A stretch of 63,716 nucleotides of DNA, filler included, from Octopus bimaculoides (GCF_001194135.2; 5 parts of 5 records of this genome joined end to end with filler, not necessarily neighbours in it), one strand, 5' to 3'. Counted from the whole stretch's first letter, positions 12,323-26,005 are shown. Notes: generated by a model from the sequence alone, not told the origin. Made by a program: numbers and translations.

Positions 12323-13801
12323 AAACAATCTTAAGATGTGTCCAACGACCTTAATCAGAAAGCTATGTTCCAAAGTCGCCATAGCATTTCTGTCAGAGAC
12401 TGGACTTCGATTTGTGACCAGATGTTTCGGCTTTGCTTATGGCTACCAAATTCTAGGGAGTAGTTATCAGATCTTTTTGATGAATGTCACCTGCGATATC
12501 CTAGGTCCCTATCCAGAGGAGGTGGAATCAGGGCTTATCTATCAGACTGCTTGACGCCATTAACAATCTGGGTCGAGAAATCTTTGTAAGCCTCACTGTG
12601 GGCTTATTCAAATTTATTGATATGTATACGCATACGTAAACATACGCATGATATACATACATATACATACACGCATAGCTATGGGTGTACGTTTGCAATA
12701 TGAATACGTGTGTGTGTGTGTGTGCGTATACAAATATATGTATGTATATCTATGTATAAGTATGAATGTATATTATACAGACACACACACACATGTATAA
12801 TTTATATATAGATGCATTTATAAATACAAGTATACATAAACGCAAACAAACACACATATGCACATGTACTTATATGCGCGTATATGTATGTGTACATGTG
12901 CATATTATATATGTGTGAGTATGTATATATATGTATTATAAATAAACATATATGCTTTTGTGTATAAATTTGCATGTGTATACACATATATACATACACA
13001 CATTTTTATATACATACATATATATATACGTGTGTGTGTGTGTATGTATATACTCACATATACAAACTATGTTTCTTTCTCAACAGGCGTTTTTTTTTTA
13101 TCATATGAGCTATTAATTTTGCAAACGCTTTGGTCCGTTCTGTAACAGTTTAAACAAATCACACATCGCTCAATATCTTAAATTCGGCCATTTTGATCGA
13201 TGTACCTGATTCACCGTAAATTATCCCAAACATTTTTCTTTTCTTTCTTTCGTTTTTTCTTCCCTTTCACAACACCATTTCCATTCTCCCTATATTTTAC
13301 TCTATCCATTTAGCTATCATCATATATTACGTAACATATTTTCAGACGTTACACTTTGCAGTTTGATAATGTGAAAGATGAAACGAGGGTTATAATAATC
13401 CTCAATCTTTTCAGCTTTACAAATGTTTTTTGTATTATTCTCATATTACTCTTATATTACTCTTTCCTACCATTGAGTTCTTTATATTCCCAGTTGTCAG
13501 TTCTCTTGTACAATAAGTTTATTCTTAAAGTATTCTATTTATATATCTGTGTGTATGCGTATGCGTGTGTACGCGTATGAGGTTATGTATACGTGTGTCT
13601 ATATGTTTATATGTTTGCATGTGTGTGAAAGTGTAAACAGAAAGGTAATCAAAGCCACTTTAACAGTGCAAAAGTTTGGAGGAAAAAAAATAAATTACAT
13701 TCTGTTTCGTCTTTGACAATCCCCAAATCATGGGCAAAATTTTGAAACGATAAGTAAATTGTAAACTAGTCGAAAACCACATGTGTGTGTGTGTGTGTGC
13801 A

Positions 13802-13841
<40 letters not shown>

Positions 13842-14766
13842 CGTATGTGTGTGTTTCTAAGTGTGTCTACGTATGTATAAGTCTGCTTATGTATATACGT
13901 GTATGTGAGCATGTTGTGTGTCTGTTATGTTCGAGTGAATTCTGTAAGTCTCCAAAGTATGTAGGAAGTTTAAATTTCATTCTGTCCTACGTTAGAAATA
14001 TATATATATGTGTATGTATGTATGTATGTATGTATATGGGTATATATTTCTGAACATATATATGTATATATACATCGAGAGAGAGAGAGAGGGGGGGATA
14101 CAGAAATATATATATATACATACACATACTTACATACACATATATACATATACATATACCTCCCTGTTATACGTTTCTCGTCTCCCGCTTTCTGTGTCTG
14201 TCTTCTGTCCTCTCGATCCCGCCCCCGTATGAACATATATATATATATACATTTATATATATATATATATATATATATATNNNNNNNNNNNNNNNNNNNN
14301 NNNNNNNNNNNNNNNNNNNNNNNNNNNNNNNNNNNNNNNNNNNNNNNNNNNNNNNNNNNNNNNNNNNNNNNNNNNNNNNNNNNNNNNNNNNNNNNNNNNN
14401 NNNNNNNNNNNNNNNNNNNNNNNNNNNNNNNNNNNNNNNNNNNNNNNNNNNNNNNNNNNNNNNNNNNNNNNNNNNNNNNNNNNNNNNNNNNNNNNNNNNN
14501 NNNNNNNNNNNNNNNNNNNNNNNNNNNNNNNNNNNNNNNNNNNNNNNNNNNNNNNNNNNNNNNNNNNNNNNNNNNNNNNNNNNNNNNNNNNNNNNNNNNN
14601 NNNNNNNNNNNNNNNNNNNNNNNNNNNNNNNNNNNNNNNNNNNNNNNNNNNNNNNNNNNNNNNNNNNNNNNNNNNNNNNNNNNNNNNNNNNNNNNNNNNN
14701 NNNNNNNNNNNNNNNNNNNNNNNNNNNNNNNNNNNNNNNNNNNNNNNNNNNNNNNNNNNNNNNNNN

Positions 14767-14814
<48 letters not shown>

Positions 14815-16138
14815 GCACACACACACATATATATACAGACATGTCTATGCATATGGGTATATAAATATAAATATATGTGTGTGTGTGTTTATTTATAGAT
14901 ATAGTTATACATATTCATGTATTTATATACATATAATGTGTTAATATATACATATGTATGTACTTACATACGTACAAACATATATACATACATACATACA
15001 TACATACATACACGCATACATACATACATACATACATACGTGCATGCATACATACATACATACAATCTTACATGTTTAACATCCTTTCTTCTAAGACATA
15101 CAAGAAGCCAACCAAGAAACAAAAAGAACAAAAATAAACCAAAGAAAAAAAAAAACCCTTTACCAAATGAAATAAATAAATAAAAAAAACAACACTATTC
15201 TGCTCACCAAAGTCCCATAAGATATACATTCCAATAGAAAACCTCAATGTAACTTAAACAAAACATTTTTTCGTAGGTTTGGGGGGCTGGGTATGTTTAG
15301 AAGGGAGCTAAGCGTTATTGTAAGGTTTAGTTAAGACACGGAATCCTACTGGCTCCCGTTTTGTTCCCTAACCCCCACTTCATTCCCTCATTCATTTTAT
15401 GTCCGCTCGTCTGTCTGTCTGTCTGTTTGTTTGTCTGTCTGTCTGTTTGTTTGTCTGTCTGTCGTTTTGGTTTGTTTTTTTGATTTTGATTTTTGTTTTT
15501 TGTTGTTTTTTTGTTGTTGCTATTTTTTTCTTTGTTGCAAGCGACCCTTCCTCTCCGTCTGCCCTGTTTCTATATTGTGTGTGTGTGTGTATATATATNN
15601 NNNNNNNNNNNNNNNNNNNNNNNNNNNNNNNNNNNNNNNNNNNNNNNNNNNNNNNNNNNNNNNNNNNNNNNNNNNNNNNNNNNNNNNNNNNNNNNNNNNN
15701 NNNNNNNNNNNNNNNNNNNNNNNNNNNNNNNNNNNNNNNNNNNNNNNNNNNNNNNNNNNNNNNNNNNNNNNNNNNNNNNNNNTGTGTGTCTGTGTGCGTA
15801 CTGTGTTTTGGAAGTGGAAGCGTTGCGTGTCTTTTCTTGAGTTTTGAAATATTTCAGCACGATATTTTGGCCATCATCTATCAGTGTGTGCCTGTGCGCG
15901 CGTGCGTGCCTGCGTATGTGTGTGTGTGTGTGTGTGTGTATGTGTGTTTGTGTGTGTATGTGTGTGTGTGTGTGTACGTGTGTGTGTGTTATCCATGCAA
16001 TATTTATGCATTCTTTAGTGGAGAAATTTATAAAACTAGGTTTCTGTTGTAAGCATACGTACATGTATACACACACACACGCACAACACAAACATGCACG
16101 TGTGTGTAATGTATATATATATGTACATGTGCGTGATG

Positions 16139-16173
<35 letters not shown>

Positions 16174-17070
16174 ATGCGTGCGCGTGTGTGTATGTTTATA
16201 TAAATATATATATATACATCTACATGTGAAGTGACTGTGAGCACAAGTTGCTACGCACTCCAGCCCACGATCTGCAAGACTTCTTAATGATGCAGACACA
16301 CGTATAAACACATACACACACGCACGCACGCACGCACACATACATGCTCACATGCGTATATACGCTCATACATACACAAACCAGCATACATATGAAGCGT
16401 ACAGGTTCGCAGATAAGAGATTTTAAATACATTAAAACAGTTAACGTTGACCGAATAAAATATTCAACACATGTCTTTAAGTCTAATATTCATTGCAATT
16501 TTGTTAGCAATAACATCGTTGTTTCGCCAGCGGTGGATTAATCTAACTGAATAAACTTCCTACTTAGAAGTCTCTGGCAACAATTCATATACTGATCGGG
16601 GGCCGATTTCCAGCTGCACGGTACTTAGTATTAGGCGTCCTAGTGAGATGGTATTTTCCAGGATAACGTGATGGACTGCGTAGTAGCTTGAAATCAAAGC
16701 CTCTTTGTTAAAAATGAGGCTGTCTCTATGAAAATGGTCAGCTGATTCCTCTCTATTCATGCTGTAGGGTGGGGGTATTTTAATAAACATTTGTTAATAT
16801 ATTTGCATTTTCCCTACATTTCCTTCACACGTTGGTTCAGGCTTCAGCGTAGTTTGATGTATCAGAAAGATGTAATCTGTGTCTGGCTGAAAAAAAGGAT
16901 TATTTCGATGCGTCCTTTCAAAATATTGAACAAAACAAAAAACAAAAAAAAATGCAACTAGAAATTCTGTATAAATGCAGATAGAAGAATGTGTAGAAGA
17001 CCTTCTGTTCTTTCAGGTTATGAGCTGACCTCTTGTTTCCACCAATTATTCTGCCTATATATCTGTGCAC

Positions 17071-17268
17071 ACCTTTGAATGTAATGTATGCCAGAAGGTT
17101 TACAAATCAAATGGAAGCCTCAAAAGACACTTTTAGATTCATAAAGATCAGAACTTATCTGCAGCTGTTGGTGGTCCAAATCGAATATGCAATATATGTG
17201 GGTGTCTTTTCAGAACATTATCTGGTTTAAAAAGCCACATCAGATGCCATGATTGTTCGAAGGTGTAG
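17071..17268 (+). pseudogene. Two C2H2 zinc fingers with an in-frame stop; probably the 3' end of a LINE (RTE-like) ORF
   Basis: Translation TFECNVCQKVYKSNGSLKRHF*IHKDQNLSAAVGGPNRICNICGCLFRTLSGLKSHIRCHDCSKV*; TAG at 17134-17136; followed by a short 3' segment and (TA)n. Confidence 0.75.
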
Positions 17269-17771
17269 GTACAGGAGGTGGTCAAACTCTGCATAAGAAG
17301 TAGACAACCACCATATATATATATTTATCTTTTCCTATCATCCCTCCGGGAGGTAGATTGCATAAAGTACCACTCAAGTACTGTAATTCATTCCATCGAC
17401 TAACAATCCTCCCCTCAAAAATGCTGGCCTCGTGCTTAAGTCGGAAACCAACATTTTCCTATTGTTGCTGCTACTACGCCCACTACTGCTGCTGTTATTG
17501 CTACTGTTGTTGTTGTTGTTACCGTTGCTCTACTTTCTTCATTTCCCTTGCTGTTGCTGCTGCTGCTGCTACTGCTGCTGCTGTTGTTGTTGTCATTCTT
17601 GAAGTCATTTTTGATTATTATATATCTGTTCCGTTTTATATTCTGTTGTCGGTGATGATATTAAATCTTATTGTTATTATCGTTGCCGCCATTTTTTTTT
17701 CTTTCGTAGCTGCAGCAGTTGTTGTTTTGTTTCTGCCTTTGAGTGTTGTTCTGTCGTTATTCTTTGCTGCA

Positions 17772-18124
17772 GAGGCGCAATGGTCCAGCGGACTCGCGGT
17801 TTCGATTCCCAGACCGGGCGTTGTGAGTGTTTATTGAGCGAAAACACCTAAAAAAGCTCCACGAGGCTCCGGCAGGGGATGGTGGCGAACCCTGCTGTAC
17901 TCTTCCACCACAACTTTCTCTCACTCTTACTTCCTGTTTCTGTTGTGCCTGTAATTCAAAGGGTCAGCCTTGTCACACTGCGTCACGCTGAATATCCCCG
18001 AGAACTACGTTAAGGGTACACGTGTCTGTGGAGTGCTCAGCCATTTGTACGTTTATTTCACGAGCAGGCTGTTCCGTTGATCGGATCAACTGGAACCCTC
18101 GACGTCGTAAGCGACGGAGTGCCA
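17772..18124 (+). mobile_element. tRNA-derived SINE, family C
   Basis: GGCGCAATGG...GCGGTTTCGATTCCCAGACCGGGCGTTGTGAG...GGAACCCTCGACGTCGTAAGCGACGGAGTGCC; A/B-box head and a distinct body. Confidence 0.8.
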
Positions 18125-19264
18125 TAGTATAGTAGTATTCTTTGCTGCTCTCGTTTGTTTTTATTATTGTCGTTCTTATTTAAAACGACAACCGCCATTG
18201 TTGAAGCTGATATCTCAATCATTGTCGTTTTTGTTGCCATTTTTGTTCCTGTTATTGTTGATGATGGTGTTGTTCGTATTGCAGACGACGTTGATTTTTA
18301 TTTCTATCGGAATTGTTGTTGTTATTGCTTTCGCTGCTGCTGCTGCTGCTGATGATGATGATGATGTCGCTCTTATTGCAGACGTTGGTGTTACATTTTC
18401 AGTATTGTTGCAGTTGTTTTCATTAATGCTGTTGTAGTTGTTGTTGTTGTTGTTGCTATTGTCTCTGTTGTCGCTGTTGTTGCTGCTGCTATTATACTTT
18501 ACTTATTCTTACATTATTATTCTTGATTATTATTGGTCTAGGACCCTGACGAAGTTTTTGTAATTAACCTCATCCTTTACCTCTCCCTTCTCTTTTCCGC
18601 CTCCTACTCCAATCATCATCATGACAACTTTAACAACAACAACAACAATAATATCCATAATAACAACAACATCGATCTACTGCATAGTAATAATAATAAT
18701 CATTATTATTATTATTATTATAATTTTCTTCTTTCTTCAAATTTTCTTCCATTTCTCGCCGAGTGTTTTCCGTACACCTAGGCCAGAGAAACTCGTTGTA
18801 TGCATTCCCAGTTCACACACGCAAATTCACAGGTAAAACATGTATTTAAGAAAAAAAAAAGTTCATGAATGGATGTTGTTTTCACGGCGATAATGCTCTT
18901 CTCAGTACATGAGTCGTTCCAGTTAGCACGATTTTTTGCACTTCTGCATTAAGTTGTGAGCTGGCGGAATCGTCGGCATGATAGACCACTGACGACTACA
19001 TAAAATTTTTTTTTTCTCCTTGTTTTTCTCCTTATTCTTTCTGTAGCTCGAAACGTTAAAGACTTTCTCTATTCCCGAGCGTTAAACTAATACATCCTTT
19101 TGTTGTTTACACCACCTGTCCTTGTCTGTTGTTTTTTTTCGTAAATTCTCCCATATATATATATATATATATATAATTTGTGTCTGTGCGTGTGTATAGA
19201 TGGATAGATAGGTAAAGAGAGAGAGAGAGGGGGAGAGAGAGAGAAATAAATGCTCATCAGAATT

Positions 19265-19298
<34 letters not shown>

Positions 19299-19872
19299 CT
19301 ACCATCACTCACCACTTGCACCACAGCTGCAACCACCTTCAAATCGTCCTCGCTCGGCCTACTTTTTTGCGTCTCTCTTGCTTACACCCCCACCCAACTC
19401 CAACACCAACACCAACCCCCAACCCTACCCACACAGTACAACACCACAACACAACACACCACTACATTACAACACTACGCCATACAACGTTACACCACGC
19501 CGCGGCCAGGGTCTGCTTCGTGAGAAACACGGTTGTAAAATGAAAGCCATCTGTGCAGTTGATCGTTTTGCCGTACAGTATGCGTGTCTGTGTGTGCGCG
19601 CGCGCGCACGCATGCGTGTGTTTGTGTGTATGTGTGTGTATATGTGTGCAGGTGTATGTGTGTATGTGTGTATGTGTGTGTGGGTGTTTGTGTGACTTTG
19701 TGCCTCAATCTGCGTGCCTTTATCCTCCATAGCATTTCTCTTGTCAAATAAATCTGTGTAGCTCGAATCTTGGCTCTTCATGACATATTTCGTGCCATAC
19801 ACTGTGTATGTATGTCACTCAAAGTTTGTCCTCCATGGCTTTCGTCTGCTGTGCAGTGAGTCTATGTGTGTG

Positions 19873-19926
<54 letters not shown>

Positions 19927-20073
19927 TTTGTCCTCCATAGCATTTTCCTTGTCGTTAAATCAATCTGTGTACCTCAACCGTCGCTCTCTGTGACACACTT
20001 CTTGCCATACAGTATGACTATGCCCCAATGTTTGTGCTCCATAGCATACTTTGTGTCATACGATATCTATGTA

Positions 20074-20289
20074 CGTAACGCGGCGAGCTGGCAGAGTCGT
20101 TATCACGCCAGGCGAAATGCTTAGCGGTATTTCGGGTCTTTACATTCTGAGTTCAAATTCCACCAAGGTCGACTTTGCCTTTTATCTTTTCGGAATCGAT
20201 AAATTAAGTACCAGTTGCATACTGGGGTCGATCTAATCGACTGGCCTCCTCTCCTAAAATTTCAGACCCTGTGCCTAGAGTAGAACGGA
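20074..20289 (+). mobile_element. SINE family B with an 11-bp target-site duplication
   Basis: ATATCTATGTA at 20063-20073 and 20290-20300 flanks the element. Confidence 0.9.
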
Positions 20290-20879
20290 ATATCTATGTA
20301 TGTCACTCAAAGTTTGTTTTTCACAGCTTCCGTTTTGCTTTACAGAAAGCCTGTGCGTATGTATATGCATGTATATGTGTGTGCTCGCATGACAACACAC
20401 ACGCATACACACGCGTGTGTATGTGTCGGAGTCTTTGTATGGTTGTTTACGCGTCTGTGTTTCTGTCTGTCTGATGCATGTTCAAGCACCGTGCACGTGT
20501 AAATGTATATAAGGGTATGTATGTATGTATGTATGTATGAATGAATGAATGTATCTATGTATGAATGAATGAATGTATGTGTATGTATGTATGTATGTAT
20601 GTATGTATGTATGTATGAATGAATGAATGTACGTATGTAGGACGGTAGGTAGATATGTTAGTGTGATTTACGTATATGTATGTATGCATGTATGTGTATA
20701 TATGTGTCTGTACGCATGTGTGAGCATAAATGTGTATATGCATGTTTGCATGCATGTGTGTGTGTGCGTTTGAGTGTGCTTGTGTGTGTGCATGTGTGTG
20801 TGCATGTGTGCGCGGGTGTGTTGTGCGTGTGTGTGAATGTGCGTGTGTGTGCATGTGTGTGTCTGTGTGTGTATGCGTG

Positions 20880-20911
<32 letters not shown>

Positions 20912-21904
20912 CTAATGTATTCTGCAGCAAAATATGTGGCCCTCCTACCAACCCTGTACATTAACAAAAACAATTTTTTCCCAACAGCAATCCTCCATAA
21001 CACCGACCCCTACCATCACTACTACTACTCCTACTACTACTACTACTACCACCACTGCTGCTGCTGTTGCTGCTGCTAATGCTGCAACTAGCTCCAGTAA
21101 AATAACATTGCCTCCATCACCGCCACCATCACGGAGACTACCAGTGCCACTACACACCTCCACCAACAACAACAACATCACCATGACCATCACCATTTAC
21201 ACCGCCACCAGCACCACCTGGGCCGTAAAAATGATTTCTGAATACTTAATTAACCCTCCTTATATTCCGAATTCAAATCCCGCTGACGTTAAATTTGCCT
21301 TTCATGCTACATGGGAGTCGGCAAAATAAAATACCAGTCATCTACTAGGATCGATGGTATCATCCAGGACCCCTCCCCTCAAAACTACTGACCTTGTACC
21401 TAAATCAGAAACCATTTATCTTGAGAAGTCGATCTGGTAGAATCGTTAGCGCACTAAGACAAAATTTGAAACCATTATTATTTTACCATCGAGGCAGTCA
21501 ACTTAAGCTCACATTTCTCATTTCTCTTCTGTCAGGAATCTTTAAGAGTTACAGCATATCATTTTGTGTCGGACTAGACCTGCTCTAAGCGTGCGCTTGT
21601 CTACTTGAAAACAGCACTTGGGCGAGGGCGAGGACGAGGGCCTTTGGTGGTCAAAGTAATCCGGGATCTGTGAGGTTCCTTCATTAGTGCTTGATGGGGT
21701 TTCTCCTGTATCGAGAAGACTGCATCATTCATGTTTATCACATACTTTGTATATCGTGCATACATTTATCTCATCTCACCGTCTTTTACATTTCTTTCTC
21801 TTCATCTTTTATTTAAACCTCCCCACTCTCCCCACCCCCACACACAAACTGTAGTCTGTCCTTGTGATATCCGTTTCATATATACCCCTATAATAAACAA
21901 AAGA

Positions 21905-22012
21905 AATCATCATCATCATCATCGTCATCATCATCGTCATCATCATCATCATCATCGTCATCATCATCGTCATCAACGTCATCGTCGTCATCATCATCAT
22001 CATCATCATCAT
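21905..22012. repeat. (CAT/CGT)n microsatellite
   Basis: Direct trinucleotide array; source of the poly-His ORF artefacts. Confidence 0.95.
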
Positions 22013-22014
22013 CG

Positions 22015-22225
22015 TTAGTTCACCGGGCAAAATGCTTAGCGGAATTTCGTCCGTCTTTACGTTCTGAGTTCAAATTCCGCCAAAGTCGATATTGCTTTTC
22101 ATCCACTCGGGGTCAGTATAATAAATGCTAGTTGAACACTGGGGCGGTGGGGGGGGGGGAGAGTTCGATGTAATCGATGTATCCCCTACACAGGGATTGC
22201 TGGCCTTGTGCCAAGATGTGAAACC
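22015..22225 (+). mobile_element. SINE family B, 5'-truncated
   Basis: GTTAGTTCACCGGGCAAAATGCTTAGCGG...GAAACCATTATTATT. Confidence 0.85.
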
Positions 22226-22643
22226 ATTATTATTGTTGTTCTTGCTTTTATTGTTACTATTATATTTTCTATTCAGTCAACCAAAGCTCACATCTCACCC
22301 CTTTCTTTTGTTTCTCTTCCATCAGGGATCTTAAGGGCAACAACATTACCATTATACGTCGGACTGACTTCGAAGGATTGAGTAACCTACAAGTGTTGTA
22401 AGTACAACAATATCATTATTGCCTTTCTTTTTCTTGTCTTTGGCAGCGCTTCCGATTTTGTTTTTACTCTCCTCTTGTTCCTGTTCGAGGTTGTAATGGA
22501 CACAGGCTTGTGTGTCACAAAGCTAGCTAGAGGCGATGTCCACTTGGAGCTAATCAACGGTAGCATTCGTCCTATTTTTCTGGACTGCCATGTTAGCTTG
22601 GCGATAACTATTAATACCCAGTACTGCTGCCGTAGTCTCCATG

Positions 22644-22808
22644 CCGTATTTTAACGTGTATAAGGAACCCTTTTTTGTCAAAAATTATGTTAAAAATGCA
22701 TGTGAGTTTTTTTTTATACATGGAAAGTATTATAATACCTTACAAAACTTCTTTTCCAAATTTTAAGCCCTAAAAATTAGGGAGTTCTTTATACACGTTA
22801 GAATATGG
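22644..22808. mobile_element. Tc2/pogo-like MITE (165 bp)
   Basis: Left CCGTATTTTAACGTGTATAAGGAACCC; right end reverse-complements to CCATATTCTAACGTGTATAAAGAACTCC. TA target site is degenerate. Confidence 0.6.
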
Positions 22809-22861
22809 TTTACTCATATATATATATATATATATATATATGAGTAAACAGACCCCGAAGA

Positions 22862-22961
22862 NNNNNNNNNNNNNNNNNNNNNNNNNNNNNNNNNNNNNNN
22901 NNNNNTTAATTAATTAANNNNNNNNNNNNNNNNNNNNNNNNNNNNNNNNNNNNNNNNNNNN
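22862..22961. other. Artificial scaffold join: 44 N + TTAATTAATTAA + 44 N
   Basis: Identical 100-bp structure at 33970-34069, 50206-50305 and 56500-56599; the 12-mer has a stop codon in all six frames. Confidence 0.95.
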
Positions 22962-23168
22962 GACTGGCCTTCGTGCAGGTGACACGTAAAAGCACCTACT
23001 ACACTCTCTGAGTGGTTGGCGTTAGGAAGGGCATCCAGCTGTAGAAACTCTGCCAAATTTAGATTGGAGCCTGGTGTTGCCATCCGGTTTCACCAGTCCT
23101 CAGTCAAGTCGTCCAACCCATGCTAGCATGGAAAGCAGACGTTAAACGATGATGATGATGATGATGAT
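22962..23168 (+). mobile_element. 3' half of a SINE/retroposon with a (GAT)n tail
   Basis: GGTTGGCGTTAGGAAGGGCATCCAGCTGTAG...ACCCATGCTAGCATGGAAAGCAGACGTTAAACGATGATGATG; head lost at the scaffold join. Confidence 0.7.
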
Positions 23169-23381
23169 ATATATATATATATATATATATAGTTATGTGG
23201 AGAATGGAGAACTATAATTATAAACTGCGGTTTAGACAATAAATTACCTGCCTCTGGATACCTTCTAACGAAGACGATACCCACACAAGTAATTCCCAGG
23301 AGTGCCTCTGGATTTAAACATCCCCTGGTTGCTTGGCTACTTCAGACTACCCCTGAAATATTGAAGCAATCCTATCATTTA

Positions 23382-23452
<71 letters not shown>

Positions 23453-23732
23453 TTATGAATTTCTATATTTTGGGACAGTCATGCCAAATAAATACATTCA
23501 TTCTTCACTTCACTTGTTTATTACTGCTCTCAAGTCCATTGTCTGGAAATCTTTAGTCACACATCTGTGACCTCTTCAGCGATACTTTCTGTCCTCGTAT
23601 GTACACTTGCTCTGCTTAGTCCATTCTAATGTTTCATGTGGTGGCACCAATGCACAAAACTTTCAGAGTTTGAGTCACTCTGTTGTTTCTGCTAAATATT
23701 AATAAGACTACATAGATATGTACATATACAGT

Positions 23733-23890
23733 TGCAGGCAAGGCTGTGTGGTAAGAAGTTTGCTTCTCAACTACATGGTTCTGGGTTCAGTCCCACTGCA
23801 AAGCATCTTGGGCAAGTGTCTTCTACAATAGCATTGGGCTGATCAAAGCCTTGTCAGTGGATTTGCTAGACGGAAACTGAAAGAAGCCCA
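23733..23890 (+). mobile_element. SINE family A, 5' half
   Basis: GGCTGTGTGGTAAGAAGTTTGC...GGAAACTGAAAGAAGCCC. Confidence 0.85.
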
Positions 23891-23899
23891 TTATGTATA

Positions 23900-24350
23900 T
23901 AGAGAGTGATTGAAAAGTAACCCCATATTTTAAAACACTTATAATTTATTTATTATTTTTAGAGAAAATGAATATGTGAAGAAAGCGTATAGCATGGAGT
24001 TTTATTTAAAATTTGATATGGGTCCCAGCATTCACCACCAGCTTCTCAAGCCACCTGGGAACTGCATCAACTGATTTCATCAGGAACTCTTGTAGGATGG
24101 AAGACATAACTTCTTGTATTCATCCTTCAAGTTCTTCCAAAGTCTTTGGTTTGGTAGAGTAGACTTGCTCCTTGAAGCAACCCCAAAGAAAAAAGTCACA
24201 GGGTGTTAAATCAGGCTTTCTGGCTAATCATGCGGACCTCGACGACCCATCCATTTCCCAGGGATGTGGGCATTCAGCCATTTATCAACAACTATAGCAA
24301 AAAGTAGAAAGGTGGGAGGGCCACCAGTTGGAGTGGCACGACCTAGTGGA
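23900..24350 (-). mobile_element. 3' fragment of a Tc1/mariner transposon (rosa/DD41D-like motifs)
   Basis: Minus strand: KWLNAHIPGKWMGRRGPHD*...DLTPCDFFLWGCFKEQVYSTKPKTLEELEG*IQEV...; terminal TA|GAGAGTGATTGAAAAGT resembles a TIR. Confidence 0.8.
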
Positions 24351-24799
24351 TAAATGGATGTTATATGTTTGGGGCATGGTTTTGTGATCCTTAAAAACAA
24401 AAATAATCCCTTTTTCTCTCTTCTAGAATTGGGTATTGACCCTGATGCTGACATCTCAATGCCAAATACCCAGAACCCTCTTCAGCAAACTGTTGATGGC
24501 ATAATGGAAGATTCCGGAGAAAGCAAAGCTACACGCAGCCCTAATCTTGTAAGTAGCACCACAGTAAAAGGAAAAAGAGAAAAAAGAAAAGAAAAAAAAC
24601 CCGAAAGAAATTCTTTATTTTTTTATTTTTTGTCAACTATTAATCAATGTTTCTATTTTATCTTTTTTTTTTTTGCTTCGTGTCTGTCTTTCTATGTATG
24701 CGTTTCGCAGCACCAAACACCCTTGTCCAAAGAGTTCACAACTGCACCAGATTATCTAAATCTTTCTAGAACTTCCGATCCGCAGCTAATCTTGCTATG

Positions 24800-26005
24800 A
24801 CTTTCATTACTGACATAATTGAAGATGTCCAACGTCTCAGACATTCTCACCCTCAACGTTGGTCGGATTTTCTCTCCAACCAGCTTCTTCACTCAGAAAC
24901 CAGGATTGATCCCCTTGCTTGTATGATTTATCCTGTTCTCTTCACCGAGGGTCCAAATAGGTTATGTCTTGTGTTGGTCATCTAGAGGTCACATGATCAC
25001 GTATCCAGCCAATGAAACTGGGGTGAGTCCTATTTCTTGAATGATTCAAAAGTGCCAGCTCAGACTTTTTGGCTATGCTTCTGAGTTGGACCCTGCTTAT
25101 GCTTTCTTCACTAAGGGTCCAACTGGGTTGATAGCTCATGCTGGCCGGCCACATACCACATGACCCTGAATCTTGGATGCATCTTATTCCCTCTATGATT
25201 CAGGCTGTTTGGCCATTTTGCTCAATATTACAAGTTAGACCTTGCTTATTGGGTTCTCTTCACTGGGGGTCTAACTGGGTTTGCAGCTCACATTGGTCAA
25301 TCTCATACCACATGATCATGTACCCAACATCTCTGCTCAGAAACTGGGATCCGTCTTGTTGCTTGGATGATTCGGGAGTGCAAGCTCAGGCTGTTTGGCC
25401 CTGTTGCTTGATTTTTTTCAAGTTAGCCCCTGTTTATTGGGTTCTCTTCATTGAGGGTCCAACTGGGTTTGCNNNNNNNNNNNNNNNNNNNNNNNNNNNN
25501 NNNNNNNNNNNNNNNNNNNNNNNNNNNNNNNNNNNNNNNNNNNNNNNNNNNNNNNNNNNNNNNNNNNNNNNNNNNNNATCCGTCTTGTTGCTTGGATGAT
25601 TCGGGAGTGCAAGCTCAGGCTGTTTGGCCCTGTTGCTTGATTTTTTCAAGTTAGCCCCTGTTTATTGGGTTCTCTTCATTGAGGGTCCAACTGGGTTTGC
25701 GGCTCACATTGGTCAATCTCATACCACATGATCATGTACCCAACATCTCTGCTCAGAAACTGGGATCCGTCTTGTTGCTTGGATGATTCGGGAGTGCAAG
25801 CTCAGGCTGTTTGGCCCTGTTGCTTGATTTTTTTCAAGTTAGCCCCTGTTTATTGGGTTCTCTTCATTGAGGGTCCAACTGGGTTTGCAGCTCACATTGG
25901 TCAACCACGTGGACACAGTAGATGAGGAGGGATCCCGTAAAGGTGAGGACTGACAGGAACTCTACTGGACGGATCACCTGAGAGGACCCAAGAGCATACC
26001 ATGAC
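24800..26005 (+). mobile_element. RTE-clade LINE 3' fragment with internal tandem amplification of a ~188-bp unit
   Basis: RWSDFLSNQLLHSETRIDPLACMI and ETGIRLVAWMIRECKLRLFGPVA are the RTE post-RT region. GGGTCCAACTGGG-like anchors at ~24949, 25115, 25267, 25455, 25683, 25871. Confidence 0.85.

Noticed and set aside
12336-12554. 72-aa ORF in non-repetitive-looking sequence
   Set aside because: No motif, no convincing splice sites, and nothing recognisable on the opposite strand.
16568-16761. Possible minus-strand exon (CCCTACAG|...TCTAA|GTAGGA) reading MNREESADHFHRDSLIFNKEAL...
   Set aside because: Donor is mediocre, no recognisable domain, no partner exon; an open frame of this length is expected occasionally by chance.
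19010-19135. Hammerhead-like CTC-GAAAC-GTT-AAAG with upstream CTTTCTGT
   Set aside because: The CUGANGA core and helix II are missing next to it; at most a deleted remnant.
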